In this document: piece after piece, positions 32,362 through 41,201 of the stretch | How positions within the stretch are numbered: position 1 is the stretch's first letter | Layout: the number at the start of each line of letters is the position of its first letter | Origin: Candidatus Pacearchaeota archaeon | Lineage (GTDB): Archaea > Nanobdellota > Nanobdellia > Pacearchaeales > GW2011-AR1 | Direction of reading: 5' to 3' | Length of the DNA: 64,000 bases | NCBI GenBank assembly: GCA_026395815.1 | Contig: JAPLXZ010000016.1 | Coordinates: 51,698-115,697 of the forward strand | Translations under genes and position numbers: made by a program | The notes under the pieces: model-generated | Told to the model about the DNA's origin: nothing | The model's database searches: none | The model's input: only the letters and a program-made list of their open reading frames with translations

Positions 32362-32433
32362 GGCGGTTGTAGTTCAGTGGCAGAACGTGCGACTGTGGCT
32401 CGCATAACGGGAGTCCGATTCTCCCCATCCGCC
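32362..32433 (+). tRNA. tRNA-His(GTG) with encoded G-1
   Basis: Cloverleaf: D stem GTTC/GAAC, anticodon arm TGCGA-CTGTGGC-TCGCA, T arm GGGAG-TCCGATT-CTCCC; G-1:C73; CCA not encoded. Confidence 0.93.
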
Positions 32434-32457
32434 CTCGAACGAAACAAACAAAAGAAA

Positions 32458-32889
32458 ATGGAAAAAATAAACATCCTATTTGTATGCAGGTATAATCGCT
32501 TTAGAAGCAGAATTGCAGAAGCTTATTTTAATAAAATAAACAAGAACAAGAATATTAAAGCTAAAAGTGCTGGATTAATTAAAGGACAATCATTAAGCGC
32601 CCGTACTATGCAGATAGCTAAGGAATTTGGCTTGGACATAAAGGGGAGAGTAAGTGGATTAACTTCAAAGGTAATGGCTTGGCAGAATGTGACAGTTGTT
32701 GTTGCTGATAATGTTCCTCCGCAGGTATTTGATAAAAATAAAAGATACGGAAAAAAAGTAATTGTCTGGTCTATTAAAGATATTAATGAAGGTAATGACA
32801 GAGTTATCAAAGAAATAATTAAAAACATAATTAAAAGAACAGAAGAATTAAATAAACAATTAAACAAAAGCCTGGAGAATAAAAAATAA
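32458..32889 (+). CDS. Low-molecular-weight PTPase/ArsC family protein
   Basis: ILFVCRYNRFRSRIAEAYF (CX5R) and SAG; true start ATG 32458. Confidence 0.8.
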   Translation: MEKINILFVCRYNRFRSRIAEAYFNKINKNKNIKAKSAGLIKGQSLSARTMQIAKEFGLDIKGRVSGLTSKVMAWQNVTVVVADNVPPQVFDKNKRYGKKVIVWSIKDINEGNDRVIKEIIKNIIKRTEELNKQLNKSLENKK

Positions 32890-32890
32890 A

Positions 32891-34036
32891 ATGGAACTTG
32901 TTAAAGGTTTTAAGGATTTTACAGGAGAGGAAGCTGAAAAAAGACAGAGAATAAAAGGAATATTGGCTGAAACTTTCAAAAAATATGGATTTGAACTTGC
33001 TGACACTCCAATAATAGAAGAAGAGAATTTTGTCAGAGGAGAAAACAATAATGATGAAGCAGTCAGTGATGTTTATAGATTAAAAGACAAGGGAAACAGG
33101 GAACTTGCTTTGAGATATGAATTTACATTTCAATTGAAGAGAATTGTAAAAAACAAAAAACTTCCTTACAAGAGATATCAAATTGGAGAAGTTTTCAGAG
33201 ACGAGCCTTCTAATTCCAGAAGATTCAGGCAGTTTACCCAATGTGATATTGACATTGTTGGAATGAATTCAGAAACATGGAAGGATGAAGCAGAAATCTT
33301 GGCGATTGCAAAAGAAGTTCTGAATAAATTGGATATTAATTATGATATCTACATTGGTAATAGAAAATTAATCAATGAAATTCTTGAAGAAATAGGAATT
33401 AAAGCAAACAAAGAGCAAATATTAAGGGAAATTGATAAGCTTGATAAAATAGGAGAAAAAGAAATAAAAGAAAACTTAAAGAAACTTAAAGCAGAAAAAT
33501 TGCTCTCTATTTTCAAAAAGCCAGAAATTTACTTCAAAAAATACAAAGCATACAAGGAAATTGAAGAATTGAAAAAAATTTGCAAATATTATAATTTAAA
33601 AATAAATTTCCAGCCAAGTTTGGTAAGAGGATTAAGTTATTACAATGGGAATGTATTCGAGATAAAAAGCAAGGATATAAGAGAAACAATATGCGCTGGA
33701 GGAAGTTACGTGATAAATAATATACAATCAACAGGAATCTCTTTTGGACTTGACAGACTAGCAATCATTTCAAAGGTTAAGGCAAACAATAAAAAAATTC
33801 TTGTTTTGTCAATTGGAGAAGATAAAAAAGCAGTTGCTATAGCACAAAAACTAAGAGATAAAGGAGAAAATATTGTTTTATTTTATGGGAAGCCTACAAG
33901 GGCTCTTGATTACGCTAATAGTTATGGAATTAACAAAGTTATATTCGTAGGAAAAGAGGAAATCAAGAAAGGAAAGATGAAGATTAAAGATATGGAGACA
34001 GGAAAGGAAAAATATATTAATATAAGTAAATTATGA
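32891..34036 (+). CDS. hisS: Histidyl-tRNA synthetase
   Basis: LALRYEFT, FRDEP..RFRQFTQCDID, LVRGLSYY and GGSY; close to tRNA-His. Confidence 0.95.
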   Translation: MELVKGFKDFTGEEAEKRQRIKGILAETFKKYGFELADTPIIEEENFVRGENNNDEAVSDVYRLKDKGNRELALRYEFTFQLKRIVKNKKLPYKRYQIGEVFRDEPSNSRRFRQFTQCDIDIVGMNSETWKDEAEILAIAKEVLNKLDINYDIYIGNRKLINEILEEIGIKANKEQILREIDKLDKIGEKEIKENLKKLKAEKLLSIFKKPEIYFKKYKAYKEIEELKKICKYYNLKINFQPSLVRGLSYYNGNVFEIKSKDIRETICAGGSYVINNIQSTGISFGLDRLAIISKVKANNKKILVLSIGEDKKAVAIAQKLRDKGENIVLFYGKPTRALDYANSYGINKVIFVGKEEIKKGKMKIKDMETGKEKYINISKL

Positions 34037-34317
34037 TTAATATGAAAAGAGGACGACTAACTTTTTGGGATATAATTGCATGGGCTGTTCTTGCAGGCAT
34101 CTTTATCTGGTTGATATTAAAAGTTTCTGGGATTATTAACACTCCTGAATTAATTGAATATGCTCCTATTTTTGGAGCGGTTTATCTCGTTGGTTGGGCA
34201 ATGCATAAACTTGACACTGCTTCTGATGATATAAAAGAACTAAAACATTTTTCAAAAGAAACTGTTAATAAAATTAACAGTATAAAAACAAAATGCATTA
34301 AAAATCATGGGAATTAA
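34033..34317 (+). CDS. Small membrane protein
   Basis: Two TM segments plus a short coil; overlaps the hisS stop. Confidence 0.6.
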   Translation: MINMKRGRLTFWDIIAWAVLAGIFIWLILKVSGIINTPELIEYAPIFGAVYLVGWAMHKLDTASDDIKELKHFSKETVNKINSIKTKCIKNHGN

Positions 34318-34349
34318 CTAATCTTCTTTTCTCCAAATATTTCCAACTT

Positions 34350-35120
34350 CTAAATATCTTCTTCTATCTCATTTAACATAATTTCTTTTAGTCTCTCTTC
34401 CAGCATCATCAGAAATTTACCTGTCATGCTTTGAACAGGCTTTTCAAGGACAAGCTTGTCAATTCCAAGATTATTAATTATTTCTCTTGCTTTATTTTTT
34501 GTTTTCCCAAAATCAACAAGAGAAAAAAGAATTGCATTTTTTATTTTTCCGTCTTTCATTACGATACTTTGAAGAAGTTCTTCTACATCTGTTAATTCTG
34601 TTTTTCTTTCGAATTTTACAACCCATGAATCAACTCTTGGAGGAGGAACAAATTCTTTTTTATCAACTTTCATAATTATTTTTATATTATAGAACAAATT
34701 CGCTATTACTCCTGCTTTAGTTTCCCTTCTTTCCAGAATTTCTTTGAAATTTTCCCCAAGCATCAAAACCATAAAATCTACTTCATCTTGAATTGCTTTC
34801 ATTATTATAGGTTCTGATAAAGAATAAGGAATATTTGAAACAATCTTGTTATATCCTTTCCAACTGTAATCTAAGGCATTGTCATAGATTACTGCAAGAT
34901 TTTCATTGTCTATTTCATCTAATCTCTTATTGAAACTTTTCTCTATTTCAAAAGCCAGGACATTCCCAGCTAATTCAACAATCTCTTTTGTCAGAACTCC
35001 TGTTCCTGCACCAATTTCAAGAACTTTATCCTCCTTTGAAAGTTTGGATTCTTTTATAATTCTTCCTATAATTTCATCATTCAAAAGCAGATGCTGGTCT
35101 TTTTCAGGATGAAGTTCCAT
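34350..35120 (-). CDS. rsmA: 16S rRNA dimethyladenosine transferase (KsgA/Dim1)
   Basis: DQHLL, VLEIGAGTG, SNIPY and FVPPPRVDS. Confidence 0.95.
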   Translation of the reverse strand: MELHPEKDQHLLLNDEIIGRIIKESKLSKEDKVLEIGAGTGVLTKEIVELAGNVLAFEIEKSFNKRLDEIDNENLAVIYDNALDYSWKGYNKIVSNIPYSLSEPIIMKAIQDEVDFMVLMLGENFKEILERRETKAGVIANLFYNIKIIMKVDKKEFVPPPRVDSWVVKFERKTELTDVEELLQSIVMKDGKIKNAILFSLVDFGKTKNKAREIINNLGIDKLVLEKPVQSMTGKFLMMLEERLKEIMLNEIEEDI

Positions 35121-35127
35121 TTTTTTA

Positions 35128-35796
35128 TTATCCTATTTCTACCTCCATTCTCCAGGAATTTTTTTCTCCGAATATTTTTTTATTCTTTATTTTTAATGGT
35201 TTTTTGAAAAGAGGACAATCAACAACAAAAGTTTCAAATTCTCCTCCTTCTCCTGCAATATGAATCTTATACTTCTCATTTAAAATCTTGGCTTCTTTAA
35301 TAAATTTGTCATTAATAACTCTACCCAACCATGATTTGTCTAATGGAAAGGCGAATACTCCAGTTATAATCACTTTAAACTTGTTATCAATTAATTCTTG
35401 TAGATATTCCACTTCATTTTTCTGCCAAAGAGGATTAAAGCACTGCAATCCAAGGTTATCGCATATTCTTTTTATTCTTGAAAGTTGATAATCGCTTCTT
35501 ATTGCTCCTGTCACTAAAGTATCAATTTCATATTTTTCCTTAACTTGTTTGATCACTTCAGTTAAATCTTCCAGCTCTTTTTCCTTCACACCTTCTGTTT
35601 CCTTTGTTATTAATTGAATTCTCATAACGTTTGCCTGATGCCCTACTTGTGATATTGAAGGAGTATGAAACATATAGCTTTCTTTATTCTTAGAGAAGAT
35701 TGAAATAAGGCATGCTATATCATACCCTTTTTTCTTTGCTAAATACAAAGAATAGCACGAATCCTTTCCGCCCGAGAATAAAACTGCTGCTTTCAT
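35128..35796 (-). CDS. dph6: Diphthine-ammonia ligase
   Basis: SGGKDS, SYMFH and GEGGEFETFV. Confidence 0.93.
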   Translation of the reverse strand: MKAAVLFSGGKDSCYSLYLAKKKGYDIACLISIFSKNKESYMFHTPSISQVGHQANVMRIQLITKETEGVKEKELEDLTEVIKQVKEKYEIDTLVTGAIRSDYQLSRIKRICDNLGLQCFNPLWQKNEVEYLQELIDNKFKVIITGVFAFPLDKSWLGRVINDKFIKEAKILNEKYKIHIAGEGGEFETFVVDCPLFKKPLKIKNKKIFGEKNSWRMEVEIG

Positions 35797-35826
35797 AAAT
35801 ATAATAAAAAAACCTTATTCTTTAAA

Positions 35827-36057
35827 TTATCTTTTTGAATTTATTGCCTTTTCCAAATCTTTCCCAACTACTTCCCAATCTCTTCTTAGATTTTCGCAAT
35901 CTTTTTTATAAGCTTCTTCATCAGAAAGAATTTTTATACGAAGATTATATTCAAATAAACTTGCCATTCCCTCGCCAATTGAATACAATCCTTCGCCAAT
36001 AGAAAATAATCCATTTAATAATAAATTTTTGACTGTTGTTAATGTAACTTTTCTCAT
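35827..36057 (-). CDS. Small hypothetical protein
   Basis: Overlaps the scpA stop; tandem SIGEG repeat. Confidence 0.55.
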   Translation of the reverse strand: MRKVTLTTVKNLLLNGLFSIGEGLYSIGEGMASLFEYNLRIKILSDEEAYKKDCENLRRDWEVVGKDLEKAINSKR

Positions 36058-36929
36058 TCTCCAATAGGATTTTCAAATTCTTTATTTATCTTTTCAAGTC
36101 TTTCTTTTCCTTCTCTATCAAGTTCTTTCATTTCTTCTTCTAATCCTTTCTTTAAATCTGCAAATGGATCTGGATTGTTCTTGAGAAAAACTTCTTTCAG
36201 CCATATGTATATCTCGTCAAAATGTGTTTCTTGCTCAAGCCAAACTTTTTTCTGGTCTTCAAGATGAAGAAGGGGAAGGAAGGAAATTATTCTCTCTTCT
36301 CTTTCTTTTCCAATAAATTCTGTGTATGATACTTTCTTTTTCTCTTTGTTTTCTTTGAAATGGTCATACAAATCCCTGTAAGTTTCTCTTATCTTATCTT
36401 TTATGCTAAATTTCCTTTTGGGCAAGGAAAATGAACTTTCTATTAATGCGCTTCTTGTTACTATACTCTTCTTTATTCTTCTGTTTTCTGTAACAATTGC
36501 CTTATTCAAAGACTCAATTAATTCATTTAGAGTGACTTTTTTGAACCTTGGAAGAGGGCTTTTTGGGATTAATTCAGGGATTTCTTCATCTAAATCTATC
36601 CTTTCCAAAGCATGTTTTTTACCATCCTTTTTGCCAAAAAGAATTTCATCAATGCTTTTTATGTATTTATCCAAAAGAATCTCTGACTTGATTCTTAGAA
36701 GAAGGGATGCAGCAAGCAAAACCTTGCTGGAAACAAAAAAATCTGCTTCTTCTATCTGCCTTATTTTTTCTAAATACCTGTCTGCAAGGATTATTATATC
36801 GATATCCCACGGGTCTAATTGTTCTGTATTAATCAAATCATAAATAATTTCCTGCCACCCAATTTCTCGATTAAAGAGTAAATCATGAATCTGTTCTTGT
36901 TTTACGGATTTTTTTTCTTCTTTATTCAT
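36054..36929 (-). CDS. scpA: Segregation/condensation protein A (SMC kleisin)
   Basis: LDPWDIDI, LLAASLLLRIKSE and FLPLLHL...LEQ..F.EI. Confidence 0.92.
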   Translation of the reverse strand: MNKEEKKSVKQEQIHDLLFNREIGWQEIIYDLINTEQLDPWDIDIIILADRYLEKIRQIEEADFFVSSKVLLAASLLLRIKSEILLDKYIKSIDEILFGKKDGKKHALERIDLDEEIPELIPKSPLPRFKKVTLNELIESLNKAIVTENRRIKKSIVTRSALIESSFSLPKRKFSIKDKIRETYRDLYDHFKENKEKKKVSYTEFIGKEREERIISFLPLLHLEDQKKVWLEQETHFDEIYIWLKEVFLKNNPDPFADLKKGLEEEMKELDREGKERLEKINKEFENPIGE

Positions 36930-37071
36930 ATTTTATTTAAGAAAAAGGCTTTTATAATTGTTTGTAGTGCCTAATAACCTTCTATTGTAGTGCCTAATTA
37001 TTTAATGATTGAAATAAGAATTCACTACTTTATATTAAGTACCGCATGTCATTTTTTAAGGGTAACAAAAT

Positions 37072-37086
37072 AGAAAGATTTATATA
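37072..37086 (+). promoter_or_regulatory. Archaeal BRE-TATA promoter with no ORF downstream
   Basis: AGAAAG followed by TTTATATA (37079-37086). Confidence 0.6.
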
Positions 37087-37110
37087 GAGGCATATCTTGG
37101 ATTTTCTATC

Positions 37111-37300
37111 ACCTCTTTTTCCCCAGGAGAGGCTTCAAGTTATCTTTTTGATCAACTTGAAGAATCTCCCAGGGTTATAATCAATTCATATGAAGAGATG
37201 AAACCCGTAGGAAGAGGCGAATGCCGAAATTCAATCGGGTTTGAAATGATTATTAATTGTTAAGTAATCCAGTCTAAAATCTGGCACTGTTAATTGTTTT
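37111..37300 (+). ncRNA. Candidate unknown structured ncRNA
   Basis: Several long helices in an ORF-free region, with a promoter upstream and a T-tract downstream. Confidence 0.5.
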
Positions 37301-37313
37301 TAATCTTATTTCT
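37265..37313. repeat. 49-bp direct repeat, copy 1
   Basis: TAATCCAGTCTAAAATCTGGCACTGTTAATTGTTTTTAATCTTATTTCT, identical to 38856-38904. Confidence 0.95.
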
Positions 37314-37324
37314 CTATATCAAAA

Positions 37325-38764
37325 TCATCTTCCAAGGTAATACTTATTTATTGTAAATCTAAAAGCATTATCTATTTCCAATCCATATTTAACCCTGTAA
37401 TAAACAAAAAAAGCCAGCAGGTCCCATAAAAAGACGAATCCTTTCATTCTTATCCCCCTTGACAGATATTTTTTAATCTGATAAATACGAATATTTCTCA
37501 CAATCTTTTTGATTTGCTTTCTTGTGGTATATTTAGTTCTTATTACTGGATCTATATACATTTCGTGAGAATTTCTAAATCCTTCTTGCTCTATCAAGCC
37601 TTCTTTTTCGCATAATTCTTTCATTTCAGTTTCTGGAAGAGGCATTAGTATTGCAAAGAGTTCATAATCAGCATTGATTTTATCTGCTAAATCTACAGTT
37701 TCCTTTATCATCTCTGGAGTTTCATAAGGCGCGCCTACTATGAAATTCAACCTTACACGAATCCCATATTTTTTTGCTATATTTACTGCATTGAATATCT
37801 GTTCCTTGCTTATGTCTTTTTTATAGACTTCATTTCTGATATAATCATTGCCTGCTTCAACACCCATTCTTACTTCATAGCAACCGGCATCTTTCATCGC
37901 ATTTATAATCTCGTCTGTTACTAAATTTGCTCTTACATTAGCGTTCCATTTGATTACTTTATCGAATCCCTTTTCCTTAAATTTTTTGCAGAAGTCAAAT
38001 ACAAACTTTTTGTTCAGTATGAATATGTCGTCGTAAAAGAAAAGGTATCTCATCCCCTTATTAGAATATTGCTTTATTCTTAATTCAATTTCATCTATAA
38101 TGCTCTTTACGCTTCTGAATCTCACATATTTTCCCTTTAATTTTTTCTTTATCGCATGGTTGCTGCAGTATGTGCAGTTATAAGGGCATCCTCTAGAAGC
38201 CATTATTGGTAAATTATGATTGCTTATCAAAAAATATTTTTTCAAATCATAATCATCAAAATCAGGAAAAGGCAATTTATCTAGATTTTGTATCAATTTC
38301 CTGTTGATATTCCTTATAATCTTCCCTTCTTTATCTTTATACCATATCCCTCTTACATTTTTGCAATTCAAATTTTTGTCCAATAATTCTTTTAATACTT
38401 CTTCTCCTTCACATGTGCATATCATATCTACTTCCTTATTGTTTATTGTTTGTTCAGGCATAAGAATAGCATGAATTCCCCCGTAAATTATTAAAAGATT
38501 ATAATTTTTTTTGATAAATCTCGTCATTCTTAATGCCTGATTATATGTAAAGCTCATTACAGAAAATCCGACTATATCTGGTTGGAATCTTTCTATTTTC
38601 ATTTTTAAATATTCCTTCCAATTTTTTTTGTTGAAGATAAAATCGGCTATCTCTGCTTTATGCTTTGTCCTATTATTCACATAAGATTTTAAAATTGCCA
38701 AAGACATGCTCGGCATTAAAGTATACCCTTCTATGTTTGGTTCGACTAATAAAATTTTCATCAT
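37325..38764 (-). CDS. B12-binding domain radical SAM protein
   Basis: GGIHA B12-domain motif, SRGCPYNCTYC (CxxxCxxC) and GVEAG; likely start MMKILLVEP. Confidence 0.92.
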   Translation of the reverse strand: MMKILLVEPNIEGYTLMPSMSLAILKSYVNNRTKHKAEIADFIFNKKNWKEYLKMKIERFQPDIVGFSVMSFTYNQALRMTRFIKKNYNLLIIYGGIHAILMPEQTINNKEVDMICTCEGEEVLKELLDKNLNCKNVRGIWYKDKEGKIIRNINRKLIQNLDKLPFPDFDDYDLKKYFLISNHNLPIMASRGCPYNCTYCSNHAIKKKLKGKYVRFRSVKSIIDEIELRIKQYSNKGMRYLFFYDDIFILNKKFVFDFCKKFKEKGFDKVIKWNANVRANLVTDEIINAMKDAGCYEVRMGVEAGNDYIRNEVYKKDISKEQIFNAVNIAKKYGIRVRLNFIVGAPYETPEMIKETVDLADKINADYELFAILMPLPETEMKELCEKEGLIEQEGFRNSHEMYIDPVIRTKYTTRKQIKKIVRNIRIYQIKKYLSRGIRMKGFVFLWDLLAFFVYYRVKYGLEIDNAFRFTINKYYLGR

Positions 38765-38855
38765 ATAACACAAAGTTAAACGTTTAAATAATTTATTGTA
38801 CAGAAAGAGGATAAATTCCACTTTTTGCTTTCAAACTCTGCTCGTTCGAAACTAT

Positions 38856-38904
38856 TAATCCAGTCTAAAATCTGGCACTGTTAATTGTTTTTAATCTTAT
38901 TTCT
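38856..38904. repeat. 49-bp direct repeat, copy 2
   Basis: Identical to 37265-37313. Confidence 0.95.
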
Positions 38905-38957
38905 TAAATCTTTTATTCTATAATTATCTTTTTAAATAAGGTTATAATTGAATCAAT

Positions 38958-39191
38958 ATGGAAAAGGCAAAATATTTTATTTATAAAATCCATTATGGAA
39001 TTCTTTCTAATTCAGACCTTTATACTGAAGTTTCAGATGAAGGTTTAACAGAAAGCGAATCCTTATTGAAAGAAGACATTAAAAAAAAGAGAAAATCTAT
39101 TGAAGGATATGTACTATATGGAATTGAAGGTACAGGACGTAAATCAGATAGAAAAGAAATTATATCCAATACACTTAATGTATTTAGTTAA
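38958..39191 (+). CDS. Small hypothetical protein
   Basis: 77-aa ORF between the repeats. Confidence 0.5.
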   Translation: MEKAKYFIYKIHYGILSNSDLYTEVSDEGLTESESLLKEDIKKKRKSIEGYVLYGIEGTGRKSDRKEIISNTLNVFS

Positions 39192-39255
39192 TTCTTGATA
39201 TCTTATTGGGCTTTACTTTCAAACTCTGCTCGTTCGGGACTAAATGCGTTGAAAT

Positions 39256-39468
39256 CTATTGGGCTTTACTCTCAAACTCGGAATAATGGCATTTTCCACA
39301 ATACAATCTTTTTTGAGAATTCATCAGAAAAACTCCAGGACCGCAACGAGGGCAGAATTTTTCCCTTTTTACAACATTTCCTTCTATTTTATATTTAGTA
39401 TACTTCTTGCTAGTCGGTTTGTTCTTATGCGGTTTTTTCCCTTGTTTTACAGTTGCTTTTTTGCTCAT
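39256..39468 (-). CDS. rps27ae: 30S ribosomal protein S27ae (eS31)
   Basis: CPRCGPGVFL...YCGKC. Confidence 0.96.
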   Translation of the reverse strand: MSKKATVKQGKKPHKNKPTSKKYTKYKIEGNVVKREKFCPRCGPGVFLMNSQKRLYCGKCHYSEFESKAQ

Positions 39469-39758
39469 TTTATATTATCTGTTAGATTTATTCCACATTT
39501 TTCTTCTAAATTTATTTTTGTTCTTAAAACATCTTTTTTCTTTCCAATAATCTTTACACAATTACCTCCAGATAACACAGTAGTTCCTATGTTATGATGA
39601 TATAAAAAAATGACTCTATCAGGAAAGTAAGGATGACAATTGTACATGCCCTTATAAATCTCCCCGATACGAATTAATTCTTCAGAATCTTTGGGAAATC
39701 TTTCTTGCAAGATTATACTTATTGTTGGGTGGATATATTTTTTAGTAATTACTTTCAT
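39465..39758 (-). CDS. Small hypothetical protein between rps24e and rps27ae
   Basis: ATGA overlaps with both neighbours. Confidence 0.65.
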   Translation of the reverse strand: MKVITKKYIHPTISIILQERFPKDSEELIRIGEIYKGMYNCHPYFPDRVIFLYHHNIGTTVLSGGNCVKIIGKKKDVLRTKINLEEKCGINLTDNIK

Positions 39759-40075
39759 TTTTGTTCCCCTTTCTTTTCTGCTTTATTTTTCTCTTTTTTA
39801 GATTTTGGCTCTGTTTTTTCCTTGTCCTCTTTTGAAGCATAAACATTTGCAAAAATTACAAAATTATAAGAGCCGAATCTTCCTTTTATTTTCTTAATCT
39901 TTATGTTTTCTTGCTGCGTTGATAATTTTTCAGAAAGAAAACTTTCTACTTCCTGAATTTTTGGAGCAACATTTGACATAATGCTGATTTTTAATTCCTT
40001 TCTTTTGAATATTGGATTTTCTCTTTCTTCTAATATTTTGTATTCTTCCATTATGTAAATTCCCTGAATTTGCAT
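39755..40075 (-). CDS. rps24e: 30S ribosomal protein S24e
   Basis: ENPIFKRKE and IKGRFG...ANVY; start may be ATG 40051. Confidence 0.9.
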   Translation of the reverse strand: MQIQGIYIMEEYKILEERENPIFKRKELKISIMSNVAPKIQEVESFLSEKLSTQQENIKIKKIKGRFGSYNFVIFANVYASKEDKEKTEPKSKKEKNKAEKKGEQK

Positions 40076-40078
40076 TTA

Positions 40079-40267
40079 TTATCTAGTTTTAATTGCAAAA
40101 TTGCCCTTATCTTTTAATTTTAATTTCGGAGCAATTTCTGATTTTTCTGGATTTAATAAGACTATTCTTCCCTTGAATCCATCTGTTGATTCTTTTGATT
40201 CGCATTTTGGGCATTTTTCTCCTTCGTAAATTGTATTGCAGATTTTGCATGCCTTTTGTTTTGCCAT
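40079..40267 (-). CDS. spt4: Transcription elongation factor Spt4 (RpoE'')
   Basis: ACKIC...CPKC...PEKSEIA. Confidence 0.93.
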   Translation of the reverse strand: MAKQKACKICNTIYEGEKCPKCESKESTDGFKGRIVLLNPEKSEIAPKLKLKDKGNFAIKTR

Positions 40268-40268
40268 T

Positions 40269-40547
40269 TTAAATTAATTTTATTCCTAATCCCCTTTCTA
40301 AATTTTGTTTTATCCATTTTTGTTCTTCTCTTGAAGCAATTACAGACATCCTTGATTTTTCTTTATCTTTTACTACCATTACTGTTGAAGATAAATAATG
40401 ATATAAGTCTGTTTCTAAATCACCTAAGAGTTTAACTTGACCTATATAAAGAATATTCTGATTGTTAACTGAAGGTTTATCTACCTCTATCATTAAATCT
40501 TTCAAGTTCTCGTCTTTCGAGCCAACATAACTTTCAATAGTTATCAT
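40269..40547 (-). CDS. Small hypothetical protein between rpoE and spt4
   Basis: 1-nt gaps to both neighbours. Confidence 0.65.
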   Translation of the reverse strand: MITIESYVGSKDENLKDLMIEVDKPSVNNQNILYIGQVKLLGDLETDLYHYLSSTVMVVKDKEKSRMSVIASREEQKWIKQNLERGLGIKLI

Positions 40548-40548
40548 T

Positions 40549-41157
40549 TTATTTCTTTTTCTTCTTTCCCCCCTTTACTGTTTTTTCTTCTGCCTTCAGA
40601 GCTTTTTGCTCTGCTTTCACTTTTTTTATTTGGTCTTCCTTAATCCATTCTAATTTTCCTAAGCCAGGCTGACGCATTGTTAATCCTATTTTAAGCTCTC
40701 CTCCCTTATGGCTTATCGCGACAATTCTTGCTAAGCATAAATCTCCTTGTTTCAAGCTTCTTTTATTCGCTTTTCCTATTAATGTGTTTGATTTGCTGAA
40801 GCTCACATAATCATCCATTGTTTGGCTTATGTGAATCATACCTTTCATAACTCCCATATCTATAAACGCCCCAAAATTTGTTATTTCTGAAACTACTCCA
40901 TAAACAAGCTCTTGAAGTTCAGGATGCCATGTAAGAAGTTTAAATCTTGAACGGTAATATGCAGCTCCATCTCCTGGAATAATCACGCCTTCTCCAACTT
41001 CAAGCACATCAATTACAGAAATAACTTTGCCAACTTCCTTGTCATAATATTCAACATAAGTCTCTTTAAGTTGTTTTTCGACGGATTCTACAGTAGGCAA
41101 ACCAAATAATTTTGGCTCTACTCGTATATAGTCTTCGACTTCAGTTAGATAGAACAT
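40549..41157 (-). CDS. rpoE: RNA polymerase subunit E' (Rpo7)
   Basis: IIPGDGAAY, FGAF, HISQ and IGLTMRQPGLG. Confidence 0.97.
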   Translation of the reverse strand: MFYLTEVEDYIRVEPKLFGLPTVESVEKQLKETYVEYYDKEVGKVISVIDVLEVGEGVIIPGDGAAYYRSRFKLLTWHPELQELVYGVVSEITNFGAFIDMGVMKGMIHISQTMDDYVSFSKSNTLIGKANKRSLKQGDLCLARIVAISHKGGELKIGLTMRQPGLGKLEWIKEDQIKKVKAEQKALKAEEKTVKGGKKKKK

Positions 41158-41201
41158 TTTCTCAAAAATTATAATTGAAGTTGGTTTAAAAAGGTTACTT
41201 C

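Larger units (their letters stand above)
38828..39279. repeat. Copies of the rps27ae 3' end
   Basis: CTTTCAAACTCTGCTCGTTCG at 38828-38848 and 39216-39236; TATTGGGCTTTACT[T/C]TCAAACTC at 39204-39226 and 39257-39279. Confidence 0.9.

Noticed and set aside
32266..32457. N-terminal extension of the 207-aa ORF in the track
   Set aside because: It reads through tRNA-His; the phosphatase domain starts at ATG 32458
37111..37300. SRP RNA, RNase P RNA, or c-di-AMP/SAM/lysine riboswitch
   Set aside because: The diagnostic conserved motifs were not found on either strand; kept as an unknown ncRNA candidate
38765..38821. Longer start for the radical SAM ORF
   Set aside because: The extension overlaps an AT-rich promoter-like stretch; MKILLVEP is the typical start of this domain
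39195..39597. Plus-strand ORFs 39195-39398 and 39259-39597
   Set aside because: Antisense shadows of rps27ae and its neighbour
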